Positions 24,568 to 38,471 of a DNA stretch of 64,000 nucleotides are shown here, piece by piece. The stretch lies in contig ML992505.1 of NCBI GenBank assembly GCA_010093995.1, positions 535,433 to 599,432 on the forward strand, given 5' to 3'. A model generated the notes under the pieces. That model was not told the origin of the DNA. It saw nothing but the letters and a program-made list of their open reading frames with translations, and ran no database searches. This stretch comes from Elsinoe ampelina (taxonomy: Eukaryota). Position 1 is the first letter of the stretch. Each line of letters opens with the position of its first letter. Both the position numbers and the translations under genes were made by a program.

Positions 24568-25544
24568 ATGATAGATCCCCTCCAGATACTCTTGACTCAT
24601 CTTATCCTTCTTCAAGAGTGCCTTGTTGTATCCTTCATCTTCGACGCTCATCCCATCGGTATTTCCACTCACCATTCTTTGGCATTGCTCTCCTCCAAGC
24701 AGATTCCATCATGTCTACACCCAAGATCGAAGCTGGCTTCTACCACAAATAGCTCCTGTGTCCAATTTTACTTGGCCAGCTCGCGATCATCACTGTCAAC
24801 CTGGTATACTGCCTGACAGCCATTGGTATGGCAATCTATCGAGCCCGACATGGTCACCCGCACTTTGATTGGGAAGCTTTCTATCCCCTGAGAACGTAAG
24901 CTTGCACGCTGAGACTGGGAGGCCCCTCGCTGAAGGACAATAGTATCCTCCTCGGGCAGCTTGCCCTCAGCCTCCTATGTGCACAATGCATTACTCTTAC
25001 CGAGTGCGTCAAGCTTATCCGGCACTCTCTTCGCCCAGGAAAGCTTCTGCGTCTGGAGCTCGCGAAGATCCCGATCTGGCTGATTTGGGCTACTGTCATC
25101 GGGCTCAGTTTCATCAACCTCGTGGAGAAGGACGAAGCGAGCATGACGTTTGGTATTGTGCTAATTGCGGTCCACACCCTTGGCTTGTGAGTATAACACA
25201 TTGCAGACTGGGCGATGGACGCATTCTGACTTGTTGAAAGTTTTGTCTTATGTCTGCCGATTCCCTACGCCGCTCTCATGTACTTTCGAGACAGGCGCGG
25301 CTACTACGGGGAACGGAAGTCAAGCGGATGGGGATATGAGAACGGACTTTTTGTCGAGCCGGAAGATCCAACAGACGAAGAAGGTGATGAAGACACTCCG
25401 GAGGAGACCGATCAAGATGATGCCGACGACGAAGATGCGGACGACGAAAGCGACGAGGAAGAGATGGATGGAACGGCACAGCCTGAGAAAGCGAAGGAGA
25501 AACAACCCACCACAGACGTATCTAGCAAGCCGAAGACCACCTAA
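24568..25544 (+). CDS. Hypothetical multi-exon membrane protein with acidic C-tail (5' end uncertain)
   Basis: Exons near 24752-24895, 24944-25003, 25109-25186 and 25241-25544 splice in frame at canonical GT-AG introns, giving several hydrophobic segments and a D/E-rich tail. Confidence 0.5.
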
Positions 25545-25850
25545 GATGACCTGAATGAACGTTTGGACTGAGGACTGGTTGTTTTTTGTGTGTGGTGACT
25601 ATTAATGGCACGCCACTGTATCGAAGCCCCTGGAAGATCTGCTCACCGCCGGCTGAAAAAGGAATGGCCGGCCGCAGCCCGACAGTGACGCATGTCCTCT
25701 ACATTCTGGCCCTGAATATCACCATCTTCCTCAAGCATTTCTCTTTCACAACCCAAGCGCTATTCCAACTCGCAAATCTTCCAGCTCAATCTCAGTCGAC
25801 GATTCACCAGACAATTACTCTCTCATCAAATCACATCGATTTCCATCACC

Positions 25851-26409
25851 ATGTCTGAATGGGATACCGTCACCAAGATCGGCAGCAAGGCCCGTGGGCC
25901 AGGTGCCACTCAGCGCGAGACTGTCATCAAGGGCAAGAGCGCACTGAACGCTGCACAACGTAGTGGAGCTGTCGTTGCCACAGAGAAGAAGTTCTCGACA
26001 TCGAACGTATGTTCACCTCACCATGTGCCCTTTCTTCTCCACCACTCTGCCACCGGATCATCTGATTGCAGTACTGACTTTCTCTCAGGCCGCCAACAAA
26101 GGTCAAGAGGGCCAGCATCTCACCAAAGTCGACCGTAGCGAAGACATCGTAGCGACGAAAAAGGTGCCGGATGAGGTGGCCAAGGCTCTTCAACAAGCGC
26201 GACAGGGCCTGAAGAATCAGAAGGGAACAACGATGACACAGAAGGACTTGGCGAGCAAGGCAAGCGTGGATGTTGCGTTTGTGGCAGCACTCGAACGACC
26301 CGGTGCGGACTGGCCGGCTATGGACTTTGTGCAGAAGATTCAAAAGGCTGCCAACGTCAGGCTCACGGGAGCAAAGATCGGTGAGCCTATGTTTGGCAAG
26401 AAGAAGTAG
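25851..26409 (+). CDS. MBF1: Multiprotein bridging factor 1
   Basis: [13 protein letters not shown]...[10 protein letters not shown], intron near 26007-26088, [10 protein letters not shown]...MTQKDLA HTH region. Confidence 0.95.
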
Positions 26410-27151
26410 ACGGTCACCAAAAGTGACAAAACAGATGGTCACTGAAGAGAGGATGTAGCGATGACAGTGTATGATACGGACTGCTACAAGTGCAGGAAAG
26501 GGAGGATAGCACGATTGAGTTTAGCCTGCATTGAGCCCTGCTTTATGCGTGGGATGAGCTGAAGGTACAGAAATACGTCTAGAATCATTCAACCAACCTT
26601 CACGACATGCCTGAATATTATTCGCACCACGAGTGTACATGCTCCGGTTTCACATCCGCAAGCCCAGCATCTCCCGCCAAATCTCGCCGATACCCCGCCA
26701 CGACCCCTGATTGGCCGATCGGTCTTCGGGTCCTCCTCCGAGGGCAAAGAAACGAGCAGTCATCCGACATGTTTGTGTTCCCCTTCATGCTCCTCCACGC
26801 CCAAGCAAATACCTCCTCCGACCTCCTAGTCCCTCGAACTCTGATCGTGGCATCGCTCGTGTCACGGTCACTCATCCCCACGATCCGATGATACGGCAGT
26901 CATGGTCAAACTGCTGAACCTGGATGACGAAGGCGACCCCACGTCTTTTGCCCCTCCATACGCGGGAATCCACGAGTTGAAGATTGGCGATGGGTTGATA
27001 CCCACGGCACAAGGGGAGAACAAGGGGGTGTTTAAGGTCACTGCTTATTATCCGTAGGTATACATCATTCACTCTTGTACCTTACTTCAGGGATTTTCCA
27101 TGCTGTAATCGCAAATCATGATCGCCGAATTCGGACTGACCTTGCCCCAGC

Positions 27152-28160
27152 GTGGTGTCCGAGATTGCCACACTGCTGGATCTGACGTCGCTGGATCAGC
27201 TGAGCCAGACGTGTAAGCAGATTCGCGCGAATTTGTTGCAGCATAAAGCGACTTTGATCACGAGGACGTTGCGGTGTAGGAATGATGGGCAGGTTCGCAT
27301 ACCTTGTGCGAGGGATCTGGTGAATCCGTGTCAGAGGTGTGGGGTTATCGTTTGTCGGGTAAGTTGTGTGGTGGAGTATATGGATAGGGCCTGATCAGAC
27401 GTCTGCAGAATTGTATACAGAAACCCATGGCAAATGCGCTGCAAGGTCGACATCGGAGGCTGTGTAAGACGTGCTTGAAGGCGCCTCTGGAGAGGCATCT
27501 GATAACTGTGGAGGCTGTTACGGATGAGATCAAGTAAGGCCGCTTCCATTCCTGACATGCAGAAGGACTAATGATGTAAGAACACCTGACGAAGAAAGAA
27601 CCCCGGTCACTTTCTATCATGGTCCATGTACTTGCGTCCATCAGATGTGGTTCTGCGATACTTGTTCGCGTCACCAGAGATCTGAGGATACCAAGTACAT
27701 TCGCGGCTGGAACTGGAGAAGACGGTACTCACATACAGGAGTCGGCATAGGAGAAGGCGAGCAAGGTGTGCCATGTGGCAGAGAGTCTCGCTGTCTCGCC
27801 GTCCGCGAAGTTGAGGTCGAGATCGATGCTGACCAGTTCCAAACACCATTCGACTTCCCCAGTAGTGAGAAACGAAGTTGGAGCAACACTAGCTACCAAA
27901 CACAGGAGATAGAAGGTATCGGCGGTGTGGTCAAGAAAAAGGTCAAGAAGAGAGTCAACATCGGTCACGTGGTGAAGGAATACGAGGATGAAAGAGAGGG
28001 TGGAGAATACCTACTCCGCGAAAAGACATACCAGAACAGATCATGGTGTGCGCATTGCGACAGGGTGATACCAAGCAGAAAGGACCAAGCCCTCGAGTCT
28101 CACGAGTCTCTTGACCGGGTGGTTTCATCGAGCGGGTCATCAGCTCTGAGTATAGGATGA
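27152..28160 (+). CDS. Cys-rich F-box-like conserved fungal protein (multi-exon; true start upstream, uncertain)
   Basis: LDLTSLDQLSQTCKQIR (F-box-like), CARDLVNPCQRCGVIVCR, RHRRLCKTC, GIGEGEQGVPCGR, QEIEGIGGVVKKKVKKRV, RSWCAHCDRVIP; introns at GTAAGT near 27359 and GTAAGG near 27534. Confidence 0.7.
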
Positions 28161-28962
28161 AGAAATGATGGGCGGTACTTATGACATGCACATTGAATTG
28201 GCATTGTTTTAGGAGTGTGGGGTAGACCTGTGAAGTGCATATCAGGCAGACAATTAAAACACTTAACTTAGCCCTGTACGAATGGCAGCCGTGCAATTGA
28301 ATTTCATCCTTGGTATGCAGCAAAAAGTACTGGTTGCGCTGCGTAATAATAATGTAAAATGCTGATCTGCAAGCAATGATCAGCAAGATCAGGTACGCGC
28401 TCGAGGCTCGGCAACCAAGGTTGGAGGCGAGGCTGTCAAATGGAAAAGAGGGTGTGGAGCGTGGTCATGCGATAGGTGACCTTGGTGAGGTATTGCATGG
28501 CGGGTAAACGGTCGGACGGGCGACATGTGGGTATCGCGCAGCAGCAATGCGAACAGATCAAGAAACATGGTGCGTGGTGAGGTCCAAAAGAGCGTGATGG
28601 ACAACGTCAGAGGTGTCGAGGCCCGGGTGCCTGTCCGGGAGCTGCGCAAGAAGCTGGTGCTTTTCTGGTCCGTCGTCATCGCAGCCATTTGATTTGCGTT
28701 CAGGTTCTCTGCGGTGTCATGTGCCTTCTGCCCACTTCAGCTAACTCGAGACATTTTGCTCGTACTTGTCCAAGCCAGCCTTCTTTCTCTTCCTCGTCAT
28801 CCTAGAATTGTAATTGCAGAATCCCTTGCCTGCAACAGGTTTCTACACAGCCTTCGGATCTGACTGTGTTGTCCGCGTGCTGCTTGGTGGCCGAAGTACT
28901 ACAAAGTCTACCTTATCGACCCGCGACAGAGTCGCCTGCTGTACTATTGAGCTGAGAATGCA

Positions 28963-30063
28963 ATGAGCGCGGTAGAGACGACCCCGACTGCTTCCTCTCA
29001 TACTCTTCCTTCCTCAAAATCACTGGATCAGAACTCTGGAGATATTACGCCGACTGCGGGAGAAAAGTCGCAAACGGCTGACGGTAAACCGTCGACCAAG
29101 AAGAAGTTACTGGATCTACTGAAGAAGAAGGGCAGCAGCAAGGACGGTGAGGTCAAGACCAATTCGACAGAAGAAGCTGAGAAATCATCAACGACCATGC
29201 TGGATACTCATAGAAGGGCGAGCCCACCTGCCAACACTGGCATGACCTCCTCGCAAATATCGGATGCACCAAGGCCTCGATCAGCCTCTCCACCCCAACT
29301 TTCAGCGGCTTCTTCGTTAATCTTCGAGCGGAACGTGCAGGAGTCGACGCTCTCCCCAGATGTGGCTCCTGGTATTCCAGCGCATATCAAGACAGAAGAC
29401 CAGATCCCGCCCGCCCTCGAGGCATCGTCTCTAGCGATTACAGACAATCACTTGGGCCCGGAAGAGGTGGAGATTGTTACGCATACAGCACATCAACCTG
29501 CTGCCGCCATAATTGCAGAGAGCATTCCGTCGGCGCATCAATCTGTGGATCATTTGGCACTGTCACCGCAGGACTCACAGCACGAGTCGATTGCTTCGCC
29601 AACACATCATGAGGGAGAAGATGTAGCTCAGAATTATGGCACTCTGGACCCCAATGATGTTCGAAGACTGAGCTTTATCTCGTTTGCCGACGTGGTGCAC
29701 GGCGAGCACGCCGAGACTGGATCCATCCACTCCCTTCACCACTTGCCTCTGTCGTCGGCAACAGACATTGGCCAACACCAATCGCCCAACCCTAATCGAC
29801 CTATATCGCCAACGCGTTCCCCTCTGTCATCCTTCTCACAGCCCTTGTCCCCAGACGTCACAACACCACCGACAACTGCCAGCGGACCAGGGTCAGCGAA
29901 GGGTGTCGAGCTCAGCCCAGCTCGCAGTCTGAATGCAAGCCCAGTCGGATCACCTCATCAGCACGGCGGGTTGGCGATTGAGACCCTCGGCCAAGCGCTC
30001 AGGAAGACAGCGAGTCGAGATTTGAGTGGCTTCAATCGATCACCCCCTGCCAGCGCTGTTTGA
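28963..30063 (+). CDS. Conserved disordered hypothetical protein
   Basis: 366-aa single ORF, S/P-rich, with conserved-looking islands IFERNVQE, IPPALEASSLAITD and RRLSFISFADVV. Confidence 0.8.
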   Translation: MSAVETTPTASSHTLPSSKSLDQNSGDITPTAGEKSQTADGKPSTKKKLLDLLKKKGSSKDGEVKTNSTEEAEKSSTTMLDTHRRASPPANTGMTSSQISDAPRPRSASPPQLSAASSLIFERNVQESTLSPDVAPGIPAHIKTEDQIPPALEASSLAITDNHLGPEEVEIVTHTAHQPAAAIIAESIPSAHQSVDHLALSPQDSQHESIASPTHHEGEDVAQNYGTLDPNDVRRLSFISFADVVHGEHAETGSIHSLHHLPLSSATDIGQHQSPNPNRPISPTRSPLSSFSQPLSPDVTTPPTTASGPGSAKGVELSPARSLNASPVGSPHQHGGLAIETLGQALRKTASRDLSGFNRSPPASAV

Positions 30064-31242
30064 GATGGGACGCGAGAGATGAGCAAAGGACTTTAAGGTT
30101 CCATGTTTCCCTAGATTATGCGATGCCGGCCGAAATGCATTTTTCGCGCGACGGAGTTCTAAACACGGCCGTTTTGGAGAATTAGTTGCTGTGGCACATC
30201 TTTACTTTCAGGCGCTTGGACTGGGTTCATCTATTTCGGGTACGATCAGGAATGAGTCCTTGCGTTCGGCATCACGTTAAGACCCGAAGTTCCCCTGGCT
30301 TCCAAGGTTTCTTCGGGAAGCGAGAATTTAGATTCCCTCTGAATATGAAATGTTACGAGTATCTGCACCTTGGCCCCGCGTACTTGATGCAGAGCTACGT
30401 CGGGCATCAATATGGAGCAATTTCACGTGCAGGAACCCATGTCCAAGTCAAGTTATTAGGGTGCATTCATTTCAGAGCTTGATTCAACCGACCAGTCTAG
30501 TTCCGGTAGGTGAGCGACTGACAAGAGATACATACAGCATGCCAACCATCCTTGACGACTCTGCCCTTGCCATCCGTGAATTACCATATCGATACTCTAT
30601 GAAGACCATGGACAAACGGAGACCCACTCCGGAGTTGATGGCAATTTCCAATTCGCCTGCTTTGCCAAAGGCGAAAAGCGAAAGGCGCAACAGACCGAGA
30701 CAAGAGTCCCTTGAAAGGTGGGCCTGGCATTGGTCAACCAGACCCTGAGGTGGGCCGGCATCACTGAAGATCACCCACTGCTGTCAGGAACATACACACA
30801 TTCCACGTTTCAAGACGTTGATATTCGCATACTTGCGTACCGCCGTGCAAGAACTAGGGCAATATCATTGGCGTCGTCTATTCTTGGATCCCAATCCGCA
30901 TCTACCTTTCCGCCGCACGCACGTTGCATCAATCCGTCCTCCGCTTCACCTCTGGCAATACTAAACCAACAACCATGTCGCACTGATCGACCTTTGCCAC
31001 TCGACCGTGGTTGAAGCCTCTCCCCACCCAATGCTCTACCTCGCGCCGCTGCAGACCCATCCCGCCTCATTCACTCGTTTGAGCGCGGCACGCATGCTGC
31101 ACGCACCCGGTGCACACTGAATAGCACGAGCTCACCCTGCAGGCCAGATTGTGTCGAGCAGCATATGCGGGCCAAGTGACCAGGATAATCAACCCTGTCC
31201 CTGCACTTGCTTGGCCCCAATTCGGCATCACCGACAATCACC

Positions 31243-34200
31243 ATGGACCGCGACCGGCACAGATGGACCGATACCCGCCGGCGGAAACAGCCCAGTCTGT
31301 ACGACGAATACCTCAACGAAGAACGGCCAGCGAACCAAAGTAGCTCTCACATCGCTACTCCCTCGAGCGGCAGGCATGCGCCCACCATTCGCTCCGTGAC
31401 GCCAGATTCCGGCACCGATGAGGCGATCGTGAAACCCCCCACCACGCAGACATTTGAGCGGGAATTCCTCGCACTGTCTTCGTCCCCCACCACGTCCCCG
31501 AGGATGCTGTCGAAAGAGCACGGAAGCCCGAAGATCTCGAGTCGCGCACCCATGGGCCGGCGAGAGTCGACGGACAATACCGGGCGGGGAACACCAGGAA
31601 GCCCCAAGGCGGGCGGACCACGGCGACGGACCATGACGCTGCAAGAGTCGATATCGGATCAGAGGACGCCAGCGCCGATGAAGGGACGAGTGCGCATGAG
31701 TTCGGAACAGCATGTCGGGTCAGTGAGCATGTCCAACGGACACGGACTGCCTTCGTCGGTCTCACAGCCTGCGATGGGGACGTCGCACGCGAATCAGTAT
31801 GTGCTGCGACCCAAGTCCTCGGCTTCGAACTCGATATCGAGCATGAATGGGCCGCTGCCGACGCCGAATGCGAGGAGGATATTACATTTGATGAAAACGC
31901 TGTGCGGGCGTACGTCGGGCAATGCGCTGATACGTAAGGGACCGAGGAGCGCTTGGATGACCGCATATTGTTTCATAAGAGACACCGAGGGGAGTCTGAT
32001 GTACGAGACCGAGTATGGAGATGGGTCGCACAAGACGCTCATACCGGATTTAAGAGGCTGTCAGGTGCGGTGCGTGGTTGATGAGGAGACGCAGACGCCG
32101 CATATTGAAGTCACGGTCTCGAGAGCTTCGATTGAGGTGCATCTCCGAGTGGCTACACAAAGTGATCTGGACAGCTGGTTCGCCGCGATCTTGTGCTGGT
32201 CACCGATGCAGCCAAAGGGTATACATAATCGGCTGGCCAAACCGCAGGCTGCGCATCTATCTGCACGACCGACAATGACAGAATCGAGGAACAATTCAGA
32301 GATCTCGCTGCTGAAAGATGCGGCGGTCATCAAAGTTGGAAACATGGTCTACTGGGACACGGACGTCACGTTTGCACCCCATGCACCACCACGAGGGAAC
32401 TCGAGAGGATCCACGCAACGAAATCCAAGTTTCAGCATATCCACAAGCTACGGTTTGCGGTGGTGGAAGCGCGTCTCCTGCACCTTACGAGAGAATGGCG
32501 AGCTGAAATTCCGCACCGACTCAGAAGGCCAGCATCTCTCAACAGTCCAGCTTTCCGAACTTTCACGATCTGCCATTCAACGACTGGACCCATCGGTCCT
32601 GGAAATCGAACACTGCATCGCCATCTACCCCCAATACACCTCCGGCCAGACCTTCTCCGACACTGCTCGCCCTATCTTCCTCTCCCTTGAAAGTTCCGTT
32701 CTCTTCGAAGTCTGGTTTGTATTACTACGCGCCTTCACGATACCCCAACTCTACGGTCCCAGACCGGCGGAGAGCGACTTCAGATATGCCTCCAACAAGG
32801 CTGACTCGCTGGATAAGCTTGCTCTGCAGGCGCACGCAGATATGTTCCGGATGGAACGGGGATTGTCGTTGTGTATACTGGAAGCGAAGCTGAACCAGCC
32901 GCAGCGGACGAAGAACTCCCCGGACCCGTCGGGTTATGGTTCGCGGCATACGAGCACGACGAGGTCGGGACGGGAAGGTGGCTTTTATGTCGAGGTGCAC
33001 CTGGATGGTGAGACAAGGGGCAAGACTCTGGTCAAGCAGTCCGAGACGAACCCGTTCTGGAGCCAGGAATTCGAGTACGTGGATCTGCCGGCTGTGTTGT
33101 CTTCTGCTTCGGTGTATCTCAAGCATCGCGCTGGGGAGCTGTCGGGGCAGAAGGGGATTGGGGTTTACCCTGAAGCGTATGGGCTGGCTCAAGATCCGAC
33201 GAATTCTTCTGCTTCCTCGGGTTATACTGGCATTACGCAGGATACGACTGTTGGCAAGGTGGAGATTATTCTGGAGGAACTGGATACTCAGAAACGGAAT
33301 GAGTCGTGGTGGCCGATCATGAATTCCAATGACCAGGAGGTTGGCAGTATGCTGATACGAGCACGTGCGGAGGAGACGGTGATTCTCATGCGCCAGGAGT
33401 ACGAAGGCATGCATGAGATTCTGCATGCTTTTGAGAACGGTCTCACGATACAAATCTCACAAGTCATGGCGAGTGATCTCAAGCGGTTATCAGACTCACT
33501 GGTCAACATCTTCCAAGTCTCGAATAGATCGACAGATTGGCTCATGGCTTTGGTTGAGGACGAGATTGACGGTCTTGGAAAGGATACACCGCTGTCGAAA
33601 GCCAGGTACAATCAACGGCTGGGTAGTGTCGAGAGCGATAACGCGACTAGTGCGCGAGGCAACGACCGCGAACTCGTCGTGCGAGATATGAACAAGAACG
33701 CTGCGCTAGAAGCCAACCTGCTCTTTCGTGGCAATACTCTCCTTACCAAAGCACTCGACAACCACATGCGGCGAGTCGGCGCAGACTATCTCTCCGCAGC
33801 TCTTGGTCGGATCATCAGGAGCATCAACGAGCGAGATCCAGATTGCGAGGTCGACCCGAATAAGGTCGCCAATGCTCATGATATGAACAGAAACTGGTCG
33901 AGGCTCATGTCGACAACTGGCGATGTCTGGAACTCCATACGAACGAGTGCGCAGAAGTGTCCTGTTGAACTGAGATTTATATTCAGGCATATCAAAGCTT
34001 GCGCGGAGGATAGGTACGGCGACTTTCTGAGGACGGTCAGCTACAGCAGTGTCTCTGGCTTCTTGTTTTTGAGGTTCTTTTGTCCAGCGGTTTTGAGTCC
34101 GAAGCTCTTTGGACTGCTGAAAGGTGAGGATGTGCATTTCATGTATGTAGAAGCAATTACTGACAACGAGCAGAGGACCCCAAGCCACGTGCAAAGCGGA

Positions 34201-35708
34201 CATTTGTCCTCATCGCCAAGTCACTGCAGACCATGGCCAACATGGCGACATTCGGAAGCAAAGAGCCGTGGATGGAGCCGATGAATTCGTTCCTGAACTC
34301 TAACCGTGAAGACTTCAAGAAGTTCATCGAGGAGGTCTGCTATGTACCTCACCCGCCCGCTGCACTGGTCGATACGGTACCTGCGTACTCGACGCCGAAC
34401 CAGATCCGCAATCGTCTTCCACCGACGAGTAAAGAAGGGTTCCCTTCGCTGCCATTTCTGCTTGACGAGGGCCGGGAGTATGCTAACCTGGTTGATCTCT
34501 GGCTGCATTCCTCGTACGCTTCAGGTTTTGACCCTGACAAGTATCATCCTCAGTCAGCGATCGTTCTGTTCGATGCGATATGCAAGACGGTTCATAGCAG
34601 AACAAAAGACTGTCTGGCCCGAGCGGAAAGGGCTGAGCGACCAACATCAGAGCTCTCGCTTCGATGGGAAGAAATCATCGATTCCATGCAGTCTAGTTCA
34701 GGTCTAGACACAGTCCTCCCGACTCCTCACTCCCACCCACCCACTCCCAAACTCGACACAGACGTTGCCACTCTCACGTCCCTCACCACCACAATCACCC
34801 CCACTTCCACAGCCAGCACCCTCGCCGAGCCTTTTCGTGGCCGCACCAGCACCGACACCGACCCGGAGAGAGGCGGCATCACCCCCATTGCCCCCTCCCG
34901 CCTACATCTCATCGATCCAGACCCGTCCTCCCCTCTGTCCCCGCACCGCCGCGCTCAACGCGACTGGGAATCCGCGCCCGACGGCGGCGCCGCATCCGCA
35001 GCCGCCTCCCTCCTTTCACAAGACCGCAACCCGCGCGCAGGCTTCATCCTCCCCTCCACCTCCTCCGGCACGATCCACCCTCCTTCCTCAACCAACACCA
35101 CCCGCCCCAACCTCCTCGGCCACTCCTTCGCGCGCCAATCCCACGACGACCTCCGCAACGCCGGCACCACCGCAGGCACCACCACAGGCAGAGAAGGCGG
35201 CTCAATCTCCGCCTCCGCCCCTGTAGCAGCAGGGTGGACCATCCCCCACCCGCAAACATCCCCGCACACCACCCAACAAGGATGGACATCCACCCTTCCC
35301 CCTTTACCTCCCGTCCCTTTCTCCCCCTCCATAGGCGCAGACAGCGACCCCTCCCTCTCCCGCCCCACTTCCGCGCTGAGCGGCACCTCGAACCGAAGCG
35401 GATGGGGCACCGGCACGTCTACGAACGGGCACAGCGCCTGGCCGCGCGGGAGCAGCATCGGCACGGGCTCCGGCACCGCTACCGGCATCGGGGATGGGGA
35501 GCAAGTGGTGGGCAGTTTCGACGATCAAGAAGGAGGGGAGGGGACGGCGTTGCCGGCTTATAGCAAAGACAAAGCGAGGCGGTTGGAGAAGGAGAGGAAG
35601 AGGATGGGGAGTCGCGGGGAGGAAGGGAGGGAGAGGGGGGAGAAGGAGAGGGAGAAGGGGAAGGTGAGGGAGCTTTTTGGGGGGGTGGGGGGGAGGAGGA
35701 AGAAGTAG
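31243..35708 (+). CDS. Ras GTPase-activating protein with PH and C2 domains (BUD2/CLA2-like)
   Basis: PH-like segments (LDSWFAAILCW, FEVWFVLLRAF), C2 (NPFWSQEFEY), RasGAP (LLFRGNTLLTK, GFLFLRFFCPAVLSPKLF, KEPWMEPMN); intron 34124-34173. Confidence 0.92.
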
Positions 35709-36446
35709 GGGTTTGCTGAGAGGGGCTTGAGGGGGGGGCTTGAGGGGGAGGTGGTGGTGTGGTGGGTGATCTGCGCTTGAGGCACGATGAGATATTGATT
35801 GCGCAGTGGTTGCAAATGGGACTACAACGGAGGAACCTTGTTAAGCATAGTGGGGTCGTGGGAAGGGTGAATGTGTACAGGCAAAGCAGGGGAGGCTTTC
35901 GATAGCGTCGCCCCGGCGGACGAGAGGAGATGATACCTCGACCGTCTTTCGAAGATGGGGACAAAAGTTCGTGTTGGGCAGAGCTTGAAGGCCACCTACC
36001 GGCTGAGAACAGAAAGGAGGAGGACGACGATACTTTGCTTTTTGCGTGTCAAAAGACTGCGTGTCAAAAGACGTGTACGATGAATGAATAGAAGACGTAA
36101 AGACTTTTCTCCACAACCGGTCAAAGCATTGAGGACATGATGTGATTTGGCAATTCATTCATTGCAGTTATGGAAAGAAGCAAAGATTGATTCCCTTCCG
36201 AAAGGGGAGTGGCAGTCCTGTGCCTTGTATATCATGTCAACATAACCAATGCTTATGAACCGAAACTCCGAGAGCCTTGACCTATTCCTGCATGCCTGTG
36301 CCGTGCTGTGCCCCTCCTGCATGCTGCCTGCGCCTTGCTATTGTGTGTCGTCAATATTCGTAAAGTCGGGAAGTGGTTGTGTCGTATCATGCTGAAAAGA
36401 CAGAAAGTGAGGAAATAGAGGCAAGTCCAGTGCTGAGGGATCAGAT

Positions 36447-38471
36447 CTAGAAGCCTGCAAGCCTTTCGGCCATGGGTGACGCCAGGAAGCCAATGGTGGC
36501 AATAGATCCGGCGGCAAAGTAAGCAGAGCCTTTCAGCGCAGTACCGAGCATGGACCTGAACGTCTTGGTGGGACTGGTGTATGTTTCAGGATGGCGTGAG
36601 ACGCGGTTTTCGTTGGCCTTGTCTGCCTGCTTCTTGTTCATCAACTTTCTCTTCTTCTTGTTGCGCTGGTGATCGGAGCGGCGAGGACGGATAGGCTCGG
36701 ACTCTTCGCCAATATCGTGCAAGTGAGAAATTCCATATGGCCCCGCCACTTGCAAATTTGGCTCTGGTGCATCGCTCAATGGTGCATCGACGACCTTGTC
36801 AGTGGCTTGGGTGTCGGTGAATTTGATGGCGGTCGATTCATTCGTTGCTTCCATCTCAAGATCAGTCTCGTGGCTCGGAATCTCGTGGCTTTGTCCGTTC
36901 GGCTCGATGCGCTCTTCCGACTCCACCGGGTGGGCCGACAACACTGCCGGAGCAGGTCCAGAATGGATGAGATTGTCGATGGATATACGCTTACTGAGCG
37001 GCGACTTTGGTGAATCGTTCTGTGTCACCGAATCAACAAGTTTACGGATCCTCCGGGACTCCTGGCGGAAGTCTTGTAGCGCTGCCGCTGCGTCCTCGCG
37101 TTCTCCCGCCAGAGAATTCGCCATGTTAGACACCGCGGAAGGGATCTCAATAAGATTCTCAAGGGGTGTGAAAACTTTAGCCATGTCGACACAACCCATG
37201 ACACGTTCAAGCTGATGTTCCAAGGCGACTCTGGACGATGCATGCTGTTCCAGCATATCTTGACTGTCGATGGAGTTTGCAACCTTTGCTGGTGTCGGCA
37301 GACCGCTGAACGGCTTCGTCTTGATGGGCCAAGACTGTGGCTGAGTGCTTGTGGGAGCCTTTGAATGTTCTTGGCTTGGTGGCATGTCCCAACGAGTCTT
37401 GCGAGCCATCTTAGGTGGAGGTGGAAAGCTCAGCTGCGACATTTCTGGTTCCGAGCCCTCAAGCCAACCATCATCCGACTCGTTCTCGGCGAAGTCATCG
37501 TACTCGTCCACCAGATCATCGGTCTCTTGTGTTGGGTATGAGTTGATATGATTGCCTTGAGCGAAGATGGGGGAATGGACATCAGCGTGGGTTGGCGATC
37601 GCAGATCTCCAGCTTGGGTGTCCTCCACAATGGCACCCATGTCGAAGGGTGGGGTCTCGCTGACGGCATTCACGTATCCCTTCTCGACTGCATCAGGAGG
37701 AGATGATGAGTCTGCTGCCTCCATTTCCTCCTCGTTCACAGACCCATAGTCCTCGCTATACGCGGATTCGCTATCGAACTCGGCCGAGAAGTGGTTGTTA
37801 CCAAATACTCGTGGTGTGAGGATTGGGGACTCTGGGATGTCGGTATCGGCGTAGTCGATGATACACTCGAGTGGACGATGGTTGATTTCGGAGGATGAAG
37901 TGCTGACGGCGTCTCCGAACTTGATGCGGTCGCCTGGCTTGAGGAGGCTCGTGATTGCCTTGCCGATGCGGACGTTGTTGACGAAAGTGCCGTACTTGGA
38001 TGTATCCGTAATCATCAAAGGGCCCTGTAGAGTTAGATTGAATTGCAGACAGAAGAGGTCATACTCACGGGAAGTCCGGTCGGTGCTTCGAGGAACGCAT
38101 GGTCCCTGGACATGACCTTGCAGCCGAAGATGGCATTGTCTTTTGCAGGTGTGAGGTTCTTGGCCGGATTGAGCGAGGAGCGACCGATGTGTACGCGATC
38201 ACCACCCTCAAGAACGAAAGACCTTTCCGGCGCTTTACCCATGAGGGCGGGATCTGGGGAGGTGATCTTGAGCTTGACTACCACTCCTGTTAGCAGAGTT
38301 CTGACACCGAAGTCGTCGTCTTGTAACAGCCTGGACGCACCAGGAGGCTTCGACGAGGACAGCTTCCATCGCGCGAGGTCGGACATGCTGTGAATTGTGC
38401 AGGTGGTGCAAAGGAGTGAGGGATAGGGCAGAAGGTGCGGGGTGATAAGCAGCGGACGACTCACCTTGCAT
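36447..38471 (-). CDS. FHA-domain protein (3 exons)
   Basis: ATG at 38471 micro-exon, introns near 38288-38464 and 38025-38068. FHA motifs HIGRSS, KVMSRDHA, DTSKYGTFVN; C-terminal hydrophobic segment. Confidence 0.8.

Noticed and set aside
36043..36072. 15-bp tandem duplication TGCGTGTCAAAAGAC x2
   Set aside because: Only two adjacent copies in a convergent 3' intergenic region; likely slippage, not CRISPR or an array.
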